Positions 29,009-38,011 of a DNA stretch of 64,000 nt are shown piece after piece. How positions within the stretch are numbered: position 1 is the stretch's first letter; each line of letters opens with the position of its first letter. The notes beneath the pieces were generated by a model. That model was given only the letters and a program-made list of their open reading frames with translations. It searched no databases and had not been told where the DNA came from. Source of the stretch: Minisyncoccota bacterium (lineage in GTDB: Bacteria; Patescibacteriota; Minisyncoccia; Phycocordibacterales; UBA2100); contig OZ253947.1 in NCBI GenBank assembly GCA_965267345.1, positions 489,964 through 553,963 on the forward strand, read 5' to 3'. The translations under genes and the position numbers were made by a program.

Positions 29009-30300
29009 ACGCTCACCTGTTCAGCTACGTGGTAAATGTCGCCCGCCCCCATAAACACAAGTACATCTGCCTCACTTTTGTCGGCAAGCATGGCGGGAAT
29101 ATCGTCGAGATGCTCTGCCGAGCGCACATTGTCGTGCTGCTGTGCCGTTGCCTGAGCAAGCTTGGCCGCGGTGATTGATTCGTCGTCGGGCTCACGGGCT
29201 GCGTAGATCGGAGCAATGATCACGCTCTGTGCGTCGTCGAAACTTGCCGCAAAATCACTAAAGAGAGCACGTGTGCGGGAAAAGGTGTGCGGTTCAAAAA
29301 TGGCGGTGATGCGCGCATCGGGGTGCTTGGCCCGCGCCGCGCGGAGCGTGGCTTTAATTTCTGTCGGGTGGTGCGCGTAGTCGTCGTACACAAGCGCCCC
29401 GCCGGCGGTCGTACCCTTGTACTCAAAGCGGCGCCATGTACCCGTAAATTGTGTGAGCGCGGTGCGTACTCCATGCTCATCAGCGTCGAGTATGTCGGCG
29501 ACCGCAAGTACGCGAGCGGCATTTTGCTGGTTGTGTGCTCCCGGAACCGCCAGCACCGGCACGCGCGCAAGGAAAGGCTGTACGTCAACCACGCGGCCTT
29601 CTGCGTCGGCAATGACGGGCGCAAGACTCGGGTCCTCCATGTCGCAGACGATACGCTTTGACTGCGCCACGAGCGAGCGAAAGGCATCCTGCACGTCGGC
29701 AAGGTTTTCGTAGTAGTCGGGGTGATCCATTTCAACGTTCGTGATGACAAGAATATGTGGCGTAAAGTGGAGAAAGTGGCGTTTATACTCACATGCTTCA
29801 ACGATTAAGTATTCGTCGCCGCCATTGCGGAAGTTGGTGCACTCACCCTCAAAGTCAACGAGTGAGCCAACAATTGCCGTGGGGTCGAGACCGGCAGCGG
29901 CGAGTGCCTGCGCGGCCATTGCCGTCGTGGTCGTTTTGCCGTGGGTGCCGGCAATGGCAATGGTTTTATACTCTTTGCTGAGTTCGCCGAGTGCTTCAAA
30001 GTAGTTAAGAACGGGCTTGCCGGTGGCACGGGCTGCTGCGAGCACCTCGGGGCCGCGCTCTTCCCACGCGACGCTGTAGACAAATGCGTCGGCTTCGTCA
30101 GGTATGGTGTGCCCGCTTCCGTCAGGAGCAATGTCGATTACCACACCCAGCGACCGAAGCCCATCGAGCGTGTCGCCGCTTTCATTGTCATTCACCCCCG
30201 TCACTGTTTTGCCCTGCGCCACAAGCATACGCGCCAAGGCTGAGATACCGATGCCACCGATACCGATGATGTGAATGTGTTGTGCGTCGTTAATTCCCAT
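29005..30300 (-). CDS. murC: UDP-N-acetylmuramate--L-alanine ligase
   Basis: HIIGIGGIGISALA ... IAGTHGKTTTTAM Mur ligase motifs. Confidence 0.9.
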   Translation of the reverse strand: MGINDAQHIHIIGIGGIGISALARMLVAQGKTVTGVNDNESGDTLDGLRSLGVVIDIAPDGSGHTIPDEADAFVYSVAWEERGPEVLAAARATGKPVLNYFEALGELSKEYKTIAIAGTHGKTTTTAMAAQALAAAGLDPTAIVGSLVDFEGECTNFRNGGDEYLIVEACEYKRHFLHFTPHILVITNVEMDHPDYYENLADVQDAFRSLVAQSKRIVCDMEDPSLAPVIADAEGRVVDVQPFLARVPVLAVPGAHNQQNAARVLAVADILDADEHGVRTALTQFTGTWRRFEYKGTTAGGALVYDDYAHHPTEIKATLRAARAKHPDARITAIFEPHTFSRTRALFSDFAASFDDAQSVIIAPIYAAREPDDESITAAKLAQATAQQHDNVRSAEHLDDIPAMLADKSEADVLVFMGAGDIYHVAEQVSV

Positions 30301-31603
30301 ACTGTGCTACCAATTGCGTAAACATATCATTTCTTTCGTACTCATTCTTAAAGTGGCCAAATGACGCAAACGCCGGACTAAACAGCACGGTGCCGTCAGG
30401 CTGTGCTGCGTCGAGCGCAGCTGTAACGAGTGCCGCGAAATCATCATAGTAGTGCGCATTTGGGAGGTGCTCTTTGAGGTGTACCGTTCCGGTACCATTC
30501 AACAAATACACGTCTGCGCACGTGTCGGCAATCATCTGTGCCAACTCCCCCGTCGGCAAACCCTTGTCAGCACCGCCGGCAATGAGAATGGGTCGATCGT
30601 CGCGCAGTGCATTGAGTGCAGCGATTGTCGCCGTTGGTGTCGTGGCATTGTTGTCGTTATAGATGGTAAGTGCCCCCGTGTTTTCCATGAGCTGCAAGCG
30701 CCCCTCAACGCCGGTGAAACTCTCAAGGCCACGTCGTATGTCACCCGCTTCAATACCAAGGGCGCGCAGGGCGGCGGCGGCCAGTGCCGCATTTTCACGA
30801 TTGTGGTCACCCACTACGCGCAGCTGCCAATCTTCGGGAAGCGCTTCGGGTACAACAGGAGCAGCGGGCGGGTTTTCAGCAGCAATTTGTCCATTCACTG
30901 ATGCGCCAACAATGAGCGTATCGCCATCTTGCTGGAAGCGGGCAATGTTCATTTTGTCGCTAAAGTATGTCTGCATGTCGGGATAGTAGTTGAGGTGGTC
31001 TTCCATAAAGTTTGTAAACACAGCAATGGTGGGGCTAATGAACTCATACCCAAAGCCCTGCAGCTGCCATGAGTCGAGCTCGAGTACGAGCACGTCCCCT
31101 TCGCTGAGCTCAGGGAGTAGCTGCAGTGTCGAGACACCGCGCGTGTTGCCGCCCAAATGCGCGGGCACTCCTGCGTGCACGAGTGTGTGATAGATCATGG
31201 TGGTAACCGTGCTTTTGCCACGCGTGCCCGTTACCCCTACGACGATAACGCCGTGATTGAGTGCATAGGTTGCGGCCAGTGCTGCACTCATCGTGACAGG
31301 CACACCCGATGCTTTTGCTGCGGCGATGTACGATGAATCAAGTGGTGTTGCGGGCGCCTGTACCACTAAGTCGGTATCGGTAAAGTCTTCTTCGCGGTGT
31401 TCGCCCAGGACAAACGTGATGTTGTCGTACTCTTTGAGTTGCTCAAGTGAGTCTGCAAGCTCGTCCTCGGTTTTCAGGTCAGTGACAGTGAGTTGCGCAC
31501 CGCAGTCAGCTAGAAAGCGCGCGTCACCGAGACCGCGACCGAGGCGACCGAGACCCATAAGGGTGATACGTTTATTGGCAAGTGGTTCGCAGTATGCAGG
31601 CAT
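30290..31603 (-). CDS. murD: UDP-N-acetylmuramoylalanine--D-glutamate ligase
   Basis: VGVTGTRGKSTV Mur ligase P-loop; start at internal ATG 31603 (ORF track start 31687). Confidence 0.85.
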   Translation of the reverse strand: MPAYCEPLANKRITLMGLGRLGRGLGDARFLADCGAQLTVTDLKTEDELADSLEQLKEYDNITFVLGEHREEDFTDTDLVVQAPATPLDSSYIAAAKASGVPVTMSAALAATYALNHGVIVVGVTGTRGKSTVTTMIYHTLVHAGVPAHLGGNTRGVSTLQLLPELSEGDVLVLELDSWQLQGFGYEFISPTIAVFTNFMEDHLNYYPDMQTYFSDKMNIARFQQDGDTLIVGASVNGQIAAENPPAAPVVPEALPEDWQLRVVGDHNRENAALAAAALRALGIEAGDIRRGLESFTGVEGRLQLMENTGALTIYNDNNATTPTATIAALNALRDDRPILIAGGADKGLPTGELAQMIADTCADVYLLNGTGTVHLKEHLPNAHYYDDFAALVTAALDAAQPDGTVLFSPAFASFGHFKNEYERNDMFTQLVAQYGN

Positions 31604-31689
31604 AGCTATGTGAGTGCATTGTATGCGAAGTGGTGGGGTTATGGAAGCATGCAAACGTCTTTCGAGCCCTCTTCCGGCAATACACATAA

Positions 31690-31716
31690 AAACCCAGAGT
31701 CATGCTCTGGGGTCTA
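31690..31716 (-). terminator. rho-independent terminator after tRNA-Leu
   Basis: minus strand: CCCCAGAGCATGACTCTGGG followed by TTTTTAT. Confidence 0.6.
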
Positions 31717-31726
31717 CGTGTGTTAG

Positions 31727-31808
31727 TGCCGGAGAGAGGACTCGAACCTCCACGTCTTGCGACATACGCACCTGAAGCGTACGCGTCTACCAATTCCGCC
31801 ACTCCGGC
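31727..31808 (-). tRNA. tRNA-Leu (anticodon CAG)
   Basis: GCCGGAGTGGCGGAATTGGTAGACGC...anticodon loop TTCAGGT...long variable arm...GGTTCGAGTCCTCTCTCCGGCA; CCA not encoded. Confidence 0.9.
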
Positions 31809-31862
31809 ATATATTCAGAGTATCGTTACCCTGCTGCTAGCCTCTCTAGCAATGCGGCTATA

Positions 31863-32858
31863 TTACGCGTCGTTGCTCTCTTTGGCAAACTTCCGCATGT
31901 CCGCATGGATGTCACGCTCGTCAACAATTTCCGTGCGGATGATTTCCTCCAAAACGTCTTCGAGCGTAAGGACACCCGCCATGCCCCCAAACTCATCCTG
32001 CACAATGGCGAGGTGCTTATGTGTCTTGATGAATGATTGCAGCGCGTCATCGAGCGGCAAGTCGTCCTGCAAAAAGCGCACGTCACTTGAGGCCACCTCC
32101 CCCACTTTCTGGCCGATACACTCACCTCCAATGAGTTGCGAGCTATAGAGCATACCAACAATTGAATCCATCTCGTCGTCGTAGACGGGAAAACGTGAGA
32201 GCCCTGAGTCGCGCACCTCCTCAAGTAGCGCGTCGTTGATGACGGCCTCCCGCTCAAATGCGTGCACGACGGTGCGCGGCGTCATGATGTCACGTACCTT
32301 TTTGTCGGAAAACGTGAGGGCACCTTTAATGATGCGCTCTTCGTCTTCATCGAGGTCAGATTCGTTCGCGTCTTCGTGCTCTTCAATGAGCTTCATGAGT
32401 TCCTGTTTTGAATAGATATTCGGCAATTCGCTGCCGAGTGTTTTGTCGAGCGCGACGGCAATGGGTTTCGTAATTGGATACAGCACAATGAGAAACAGAC
32501 GCACGAGCCACGTAAGGCGCGCACCGAGCTTGATGGCGTGGCGGTTAAAAATAGCCTGCGGGAGAATCTCACCGAAGATAACAATGAGCGCAGTGGCGAC
32601 TACAACGGCAATAAGGCCAGTGGTGATTGAACCAAGAAAGACCGACAGTACGGCATTCACCAATACGTTGCCGACGAGCAGCGTGGTGAGGAGCAAGTTG
32701 CCGTCTTTGCGAATCGGGTAAATAGCCGCCGCGTCAGTGTCTCCCGCGTCTGCCTTACGCTTCAGTTCCTGAGCATCCCAGCCCATAAGGCCGAGCGTTA
32801 AACCAGAAAAAAGCGCTGAAAGCGCCAATAATATAATGACTATAGAGTACTCTTCCAT
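31863..32858 (-). CDS. CNNM/CorC/HlyC-family transporter (DUF21 + CBS pair + CorC_HlyC)
   Basis: N-terminal DUF21 TM domain, CBS pair, C-terminal transporter-associated domain. Confidence 0.85.
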   Translation of the reverse strand: MEEYSIVIILLALSALFSGLTLGLMGWDAQELKRKADAGDTDAAAIYPIRKDGNLLLTTLLVGNVLVNAVLSVFLGSITTGLIAVVVATALIVIFGEILPQAIFNRHAIKLGARLTWLVRLFLIVLYPITKPIAVALDKTLGSELPNIYSKQELMKLIEEHEDANESDLDEDEERIIKGALTFSDKKVRDIMTPRTVVHAFEREAVINDALLEEVRDSGLSRFPVYDDEMDSIVGMLYSSQLIGGECIGQKVGEVASSDVRFLQDDLPLDDALQSFIKTHKHLAIVQDEFGGMAGVLTLEDVLEEIIRTEIVDERDIHADMRKFAKESNDA

Positions 32859-32901
32859 TTCCGATTGCCGCTATTATACTAGAAAAAAGCGTCTTGGGAA
32901 G

Positions 32902-32941
32902 CGCTAAACCGCTATTTTGACGTCAAAATAGCGGTTTAGCG
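32902..32941. repeat. 40-bp perfect palindrome (CGCTAAACCGCTATTTTGAC|GTCAAAATAGCGGTTTAGCG)
   Basis: Read directly; overlaps 3' end of the wHTH gene and lies ~45 nt upstream of the CorC start / TATAAT-like box. Confidence 0.85.
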
Positions 32942-33237
32942 GGGTGTGTAGTAAACGTTGCGGCCGCTCTCCCCGTGCTGGATGGGCTTGCCATCTTTCT
33001 CAAGTTCGCTGAGATAACTACGAGCTGTCGAGTCTGAAATGCAAAAAGATCCTCTACATCGTTATTGGTGATGCGGCCATGTTGTTTCGCCTGTTCGAGA
33101 ATGCGCCCTTTGCGCTTTGCGGTACGCGCATACACAGCTTCGCGGGCTTCGGTGCGATTAAGATCGTTAGGTTCGCCAACATGCATGAAACGGGCACCCG
33201 ATGCCAATGCCAATAACAAGAGTGAGGAACGCGACAA
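32923..33237 (-). pseudogene. TM + winged-HTH protein with apparent frameshift at an A5 run (33043-33047)
   Basis: ORF-track frame loses HTH signal after ...ITNNDVEDLF; +1 frame reads CISDSTARSYLSELEKDGKPIQHGESGRNVYYTPR (classic wHTH) ending at stop ~32936. Confidence 0.4.
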
Positions 33238-33364
33238 TAATACCGATAAGGGTCATGGGTGCAGTGTAGCAGGAGTGAGTTGGTCGTTTGAAGACACGAG
33301 TGTGGAGTGAAAAGAGTCAACGGCCGCTGTGAGGCGGCCGTTGAAGTGTGTGCGCTGGCGGGTG

Positions 33365-33763
33365 TTACTCTTCAGGAGTGTTCCCCGCCTCTGCGAAGCC
33401 GGCGGCGTACTGTTCTTCTGCGTCCGCAAGCTCCTCCTCATCGCGAACGCGCTGCACATAAGCGACGAACATCGGCACGTACCAACTGACGAGGATGAGA
33501 GCGACCGCACCGACGGCAGTCCCCCAGTACGGCGCTGTGAACAGCATGTTTGTATCGATGATGGTGTCGACGAGCCACAGCGCCATCCCGAGTAGGGTTG
33601 CGAGCGCCAGTGCGGGCTTTGCGCGCACTTTCGCCTTCTCCTCATTATAGTGCATCGTCACTGCTTCGGTGAATGTCATATAGACGAAAGGTGTCAGCAC
33701 AACCAGTGCCGTCACCCACACGACGATGAGTACATCGCTGGCATCTATTTGGTTTTCCATCAC
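33365..33763 (-). CDS. hypothetical membrane protein
   Basis: 132 aa, 3 TM helices, acidic C-terminus. Confidence 0.45.
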   Translation of the reverse strand: MMENQIDASDVLIVVWVTALVVLTPFVYMTFTEAVTMHYNEEKAKVRAKPALALATLLGMALWLVDTIIDTNMLFTAPYWGTAVGAVALILVSWYVPMFVAYVQRVRDEEELADAEEQYAAGFAEAGNTPEE

Positions 33764-33876
33764 GTACCTCCCTTGGTTTGATGGTTTTTACGCACGTACT
33801 TCTTAACTCAGCATGCTGCATGGTGCAGGTGGTGTCAATAGAAAGAGTGGCTTTTGCATGGCGGGTACCAACTTTT

Positions 33877-33934
33877 TGTTTCGATTAATCGAAACAATTA
33901 ATTTGGCCGGGGTGTCTCGATTAATCGAGACACC
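33877..33934. repeat. two adjacent perfect palindromes of the TCGATTAATCGA family (20 bp and 24 bp)
   Basis: TGTTTCGATTAATCGAAACA (33877-33896) and GGTGTCTCGATTAATCGAGACACC (33911-33934). Confidence 0.85.
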
Positions 33935-34020
33935 TCATGCGTGTAAAAAGCTGTTGTTAAAAAAGAGCGGGCGCTGTGAGGCGTCCGCTCTTTGTTACGT
34001 ATTGTTGTGTAGTGCCGTCG

Positions 34021-34404
34021 TTAGGCGGTAGTGGTCAAAGCCATCTCGCCGTAGGCTTTGGATGCATTGTGTCGATGCCGCCGCGCTGTCCGCGGCGCAA
34101 ACACACCCGAAACGATAGCGCCGATGCCGCAAAGCACGATGACGATGCCGTAGAACAGCTCTTCCCCATAGGAATGCGCGAAGAGTGTGTCGAAGAACAG
34201 CATACCCGCCATGTAGTAGAGCGTCAGCGCGCACATAGCGAAGGCGCCGCCGCCGAAAACGGCATGAGCGAACATGAGGATGACTGGCGGTGTTTCGCCG
34301 ACCGACCTGAAACTCAGAGCAGCATTCGTCCATGCCGTGAGCAGCCACAGTACGAACCATCCTGCTGCAAACAAAGGTTCATAGGTGTTGAACATCTCGT
34401 CCAT
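34021..34404 (-). CDS. hypothetical membrane protein
   Basis: 127 aa, 3-4 TM helices. Confidence 0.45.
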   Translation of the reverse strand: MDEMFNTYEPLFAAGWFVLWLLTAWTNAALSFRSVGETPPVILMFAHAVFGGGAFAMCALTLYYMAGMLFFDTLFAHSYGEELFYGIVIVLCGIGAIVSGVFAPRTARRHRHNASKAYGEMALTTTA

Positions 34405-34543
34405 CTCGTTACCTCTCTTTCCAAAGTTTTTGACTTACACAACTCTGCGCGTGATAGTGCGCTTTTTTACGTAGTGTGTCAAGTGTAGCTCAAAACTGCT
34501 TCCCCATGCAAATTACGCGCCAATGCAATGGGTTTCACCTTTC

Positions 34544-34614
34544 GCGTAAGGACCGCCCTTACGCGAAACAAACAGAAAAACCGCAACGCTTCTCGTTGCG
34601 GTTTTTCTGTTTGT
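34544..34614. other. two consecutive strong hairpins (9-bp stem; 21-bp stem with 5-nt loop) distal to tRNA-Ile on the rRNA transcript strand
   Basis: CGCGTAAGG-ACCGC-CCTTACGCG and ACAAACAGAAAAACCGCAACG-CTTCT-CGTTGCGGTTTTTCTGTTTGT. Confidence 0.7.
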
Positions 34615-34616
34615 AG

Positions 34617-34660
34617 TGCAGCTGCCAGGACTCGAACCTGGGACCTCAGTCTTATCAGGA
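34617..34660 (-). repeat. 44-nt duplicate of the 3' half of tRNA-Ile (anticodon stem-loop through acceptor 3' strand), no 5' half
   Basis: Identical to 34706-34749; preceded on the tRNA strand by unrelated sequence, so not a functional tRNA. Confidence 0.8.
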
Positions 34661-34705
34661 CAAATGAGTCGGATCGCGAGCGTATGTGTTCCCTATCGTC
34701 TTGCG

Positions 34706-34779
34706 TGCAGCTGCCAGGACTCGAACCTGGGACCTCAGTCTTATCAGGACTGCGCTCTAACCACCTGAGCTACAGCTGC
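34706..34779 (-). tRNA. tRNA-Ile (anticodon GAT)
   Basis: GCAGCTGTAGCTCAGGTGGTTAGAGCGCAGTCCTGATAAGACTGAGGTCCCAGGTTCGAGTCCTGGCAGCTGCA; CCA not encoded. Confidence 0.9.
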
Positions 34780-34905
34780 ACGCAAGAAAATATAAAAGAA
34801 CACATACGCTCATGATCGACGAGTGCCGTTCTGATGTGACACATTTTATCAGGACTGCGCTCTAACCTACCTGATACAGCTGCGTGGCGCCCATACTAGC
34901 AAAAA

Positions 34906-35160
34906 GTGACGTGTTTTGGTAGTATCGCGGATGGAAGACGCTGGGATGGTCTGGCGTCATTCAAACCAAAGAGGATACTCGTGGGACGAGGAAATAACAA
35001 CGGTCCCGACAAGGATGCAGCGCGGCGGCAAAGGCTTATCGACGCGTCACAGAGAAAGGCGCGACCGATTCACACTGCCGTTACCAACTCCGGCGGCCGT
35101 AAGGGTCGCACTATTCGCCGACAGCCTGTCGGGGTCGACACTTCCCGTCGTATTGAGTAA
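34906..35160 (+). CDS. possible small Arg-rich protein (55-84 aa depending on start) inside the 16S-tRNA-Ile spacer, opposite strand
   Basis: ...KRILVGRGNNNGPDKDAARRQRLIDASQRKARPIHTAVTNSGGRKGRTIRRQPVGVDTSRRIE; followed by a strong plus-strand terminator; no recognisable family. Confidence 0.25.
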   Translation: MTCFGSIADGRRWDGLASFKPKRILVGRGNNNGPDKDAARRQRLIDASQRKARPIHTAVTNSGGRKGRTIRRQPVGVDTSRRIE

Positions 35161-35184
35161 CCAAGCGTACCTTTTGGTTTTATG

Positions 35185-35220
35185 GGGGTCGAATCGCTCG
35201 TGCGATTCGACCCCTTTTAC
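35185..35220 (+). terminator. rho-independent terminator (plus strand)
   Basis: GGGGTCGAATCG-CTCGTG-CGATTCGACCCC followed by TTTTAC. Confidence 0.6.
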
Positions 35221-35639
35221 TTCATCAAAATTACCCTGTAGGATACATGCTGGCATGTCAAAGGAGATGTGCTTGCTCATTCAATTGGAGGACATTATGG
35301 GTCATGCTTGCGGTGGTACACGCACCAAACTACGCGAAGGTCCTGATCCTGCTGTTGTCGCGGCGTGCAAATGTGCGCTAAAAACACAGGAAAAGCACTG
35401 TCAGCGGTGCGGCGATCCGAGAAAGCCGAACAAAAGATGATTGACCTTACACTCCTCGATTTCAACGCCAGCTCGCATGCGAGCTGGTGTTTTTTTCTGA
35501 TGTGTGCTCTTTTGTTCCGTTCACATACTCGTCTTTCCGAGTCGTCACGTGTAGAGAGAAAGTACAACACGATTGCTCTTCTGCACTCAGCTGAGATGCA
35601 GAAATCGCCGGTCAATTCTGCCTAAAGCAGAACGGGTTC

Positions 35640-37095
35640 CAATCGGAATGAATCCACGACCACCTTCCGGTAGCCGTACCTTGTTACGACTTAGTCCTTG
35701 TCACTGAATTTACCTTAGGCCGCCACGAGGACGGACGTCGGGTACTCCCAGCTTCCCTGACTTGACGGGCGGTGAGTACAAGGCTCGAGAACGTATTCAC
35801 CGTGGTGTGCTGACCCACGATTACTAGCGATTCCAACTTCAAGTGGTCGAGTTGCAGACCACTATCCGAACTGAGGATACTTTTTTAGGATTTGCTCAGC
35901 CTTACGGCGTCGCGCCCCGTTGTAGTACCCATTGTAGCGCGTGTGCAGCCCGAGATGTCAAAGGGACATGCTGACTTGGCGTCATCCTCACCTTCCTCTC
36001 CCGTAAGGGAGCAGTCTCGCCTGACACTTGTAACAGGCAACGAGGGTTGCGTTCGTTACCCCACTTAAGGGAACAATTCAAACCACGAACTGACGACAGC
36101 CATGCATCACCTGCCCAACACCCTCGAAGGAACCTAGGTTTCCCTAGGCGTGCAGTTGGGTTTCAAACCTCGGTAAGGTTTTTCGCTTATCGACGAATTA
36201 AGCCACACGCTCCACCGCTTGTGCGAGCCCCCGTCTATTCCTTTGAGTTTTAAGCTTGCGCTCGTACTACCCAGGCGCCCCGCTTAACGCGTTAGCTTCG
36301 CCTCTGAAAGGGTCGATACTTCCAAAAGCCAGCGGGGAGTGTTTAGGGCGTGGACTACTGGGGTATCTAATCCCATTCGCTACCCACGCTTTCGTGTCTC
36401 AGCGTCAGAAATGCGCCAGTCTGCTGCCTTCGCCTTCGGTGTTCCCCATGATATCAACGGATTTCACCCCTACACCATGAGTTCCACAGACCTCTCGCAC
36501 CCTCTAGCTTAGCCGTTTCGCATGCGATTCTAGGGTTAAGCCCCAGGCTTTAACATGCGACTAACTAGGCCGCCTACACACCCTTTACGCCCAGTGAATC
36601 CGGGTAACGCTCGAGGCTCACGTATTACCGCTCCTGCTGGCACGTGATTAGGAGCCTCTTATTCATAGAGTAACGTCAATAGCTTCCTCCTCTATAAAAG
36701 GTGTTTACGCACCGAAGTGCTTCATCCACCACGCGGCATCGCTCCGTCAGACTTTCGTCCATTGCGGAAGATTCTCGACTGCAGCCTCCCGTAGGAGTTT
36801 GGACCGTGTCTAAGTTCCAATGGTGGGGGCCAGGCTCTCACCTCCCCTAAGCGTCTAAGCCTTGGTAGGCCATTACCCTACCAACTAGCTGATACTGCGC
36901 AGGCCGCTCCAGAAGCGAAAAATCTTTACCCTTGCGGGACTATCGGGTATTATCTCGGATTTCTCCGAGTTATTCCCGACTTCTGGGTACGTTCCTACGT
37001 GTTACTACCCCGTTTGCCGTGGGTCTAAACCCACTCGACTTGCATGCCTTATCCATGCCGCCAGCGTTCACCCTGAGCTAGGATCAAACTCTGAT
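35640..37095 (-). rRNA. rrs: 16S ribosomal RNA
   Basis: 5' AGAGTTTGATCCTAGCTCAGGGTGAACGCTGGCGGCATGG...; 3' ...AAGTCGTAACAAGGTACGGCTACCGGAAGGTGGTCGTGGATTCATTCC; universal 16S blocks throughout. Confidence 0.95.
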
Positions 37096-37422
37096 CTAAG
37101 ACGCACGATGTGCGCCTTTTCATGTGAACGAAACAAAAGAATACACATTCTATTTGTTCGTTTTGGATTCTCTTTCGTAAAAGAATATTTTAAGGGGCAA
37201 GTACAAAAATGTACTTGCGTGCATGATATGCCCGCTCCTAAAGTGGGCACGTCATGTGATGATGGTACTATACCGATGCTCTTTCAAGCTCGGTACGTTC
37301 ATCTGTATTCGGTTGTCAAAAAACAAACTAAAAACCGCCCTTGAGCGGTAGACGGAATTGTACGGGTTTTTTATCCCGAGTCAAGGAAAACCTGCACGTC
37401 ACGACCGTGCTATTCTTGGCGC

Positions 37423-37959
37423 ATGGACATTGCATTTATTGTCGTCGGTGCACTGGCAGTGGAGCTGCTCACCTTGCAGTTTCGGCTTCTGCATAAGCTG
37501 TGTAGTGTTGAGGTAAAAGAGAAGCTCGGCCTCCCCCGCATTCACCACAGCTACTTCGGTGCACTCTTCATTCTCGCCTCATTCACGACGCTCCCTGAAC
37601 CGCACTGGCTCTGGATCATCGGCTGGTCACTCGTACTCTCCGACATCGCGCATCACTACGTGGTCCTTCCGTTACTGAAACTAACCAAAACTGACATTGC
37701 GATGAAATACAGTCGCGCAAGTCGCGCATTTTTTCTGCGCCTGTCGTTTATCGTCACTGCAGCACTAGGGGTGATGATTGCCTTTGCGTCGATGAGCAAC
37801 ACGCTCTGGGGTGTGGTTATTGCGCTTGCCATGATTACCGTGTCGGAACGTTTGCATATCTTGCTGCCCCGTATCGGCTGTCCGCAGACTATTGCGGTGC
37901 ACTTCGACTCACGGCGTACTGGGTATCGTAGCCCTGTGCGGCGGCGACGGCGTCGGTAG
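37423..37959 (+). CDS. hypothetical membrane protein (only plus-strand ORF in this region, divergent from 16S)
   Basis: 178 aa, 4-5 TM helices, Arg-rich tail; followed by family palindrome at 37990. Confidence 0.35.
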   Translation: MDIAFIVVGALAVELLTLQFRLLHKLCSVEVKEKLGLPRIHHSYFGALFILASFTTLPEPHWLWIIGWSLVLSDIAHHYVVLPLLKLTKTDIAMKYSRASRAFFLRLSFIVTAALGVMIAFASMSNTLWGVVIALAMITVSERLHILLPRIGCPQTIAVHFDSRRTGYRSPVRRRRRR

Positions 37960-37989
37960 GTAGCTCTGTGTAATTGAAAAATATTCAAG

Positions 37990-38011
37990 GTGTCTCGATT
38001 AATCGAGACAC
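37990..38011. repeat. 22-bp perfect palindrome GTGTCTCGATTAATCGAGACAC
   Basis: Read directly; between secF stop and the 16S upstream region. Confidence 0.85.

Noticed and set aside
31863-32858. Annotation as hemolysin
   Set aside because: CBS-pair plus DUF21/CorC_HlyC architecture is that of CNNM/CorC-type metal-ion transporters; 'hemolysin' is a historical misnomer
34916-35440. 174-aa ORF in the 16S-tRNA-Ile spacer
   Set aside because: Reads through a strong rho-independent terminator and has no coding-like composition; only the shorter in-phase ORF ending before the terminator was retained at low confidence
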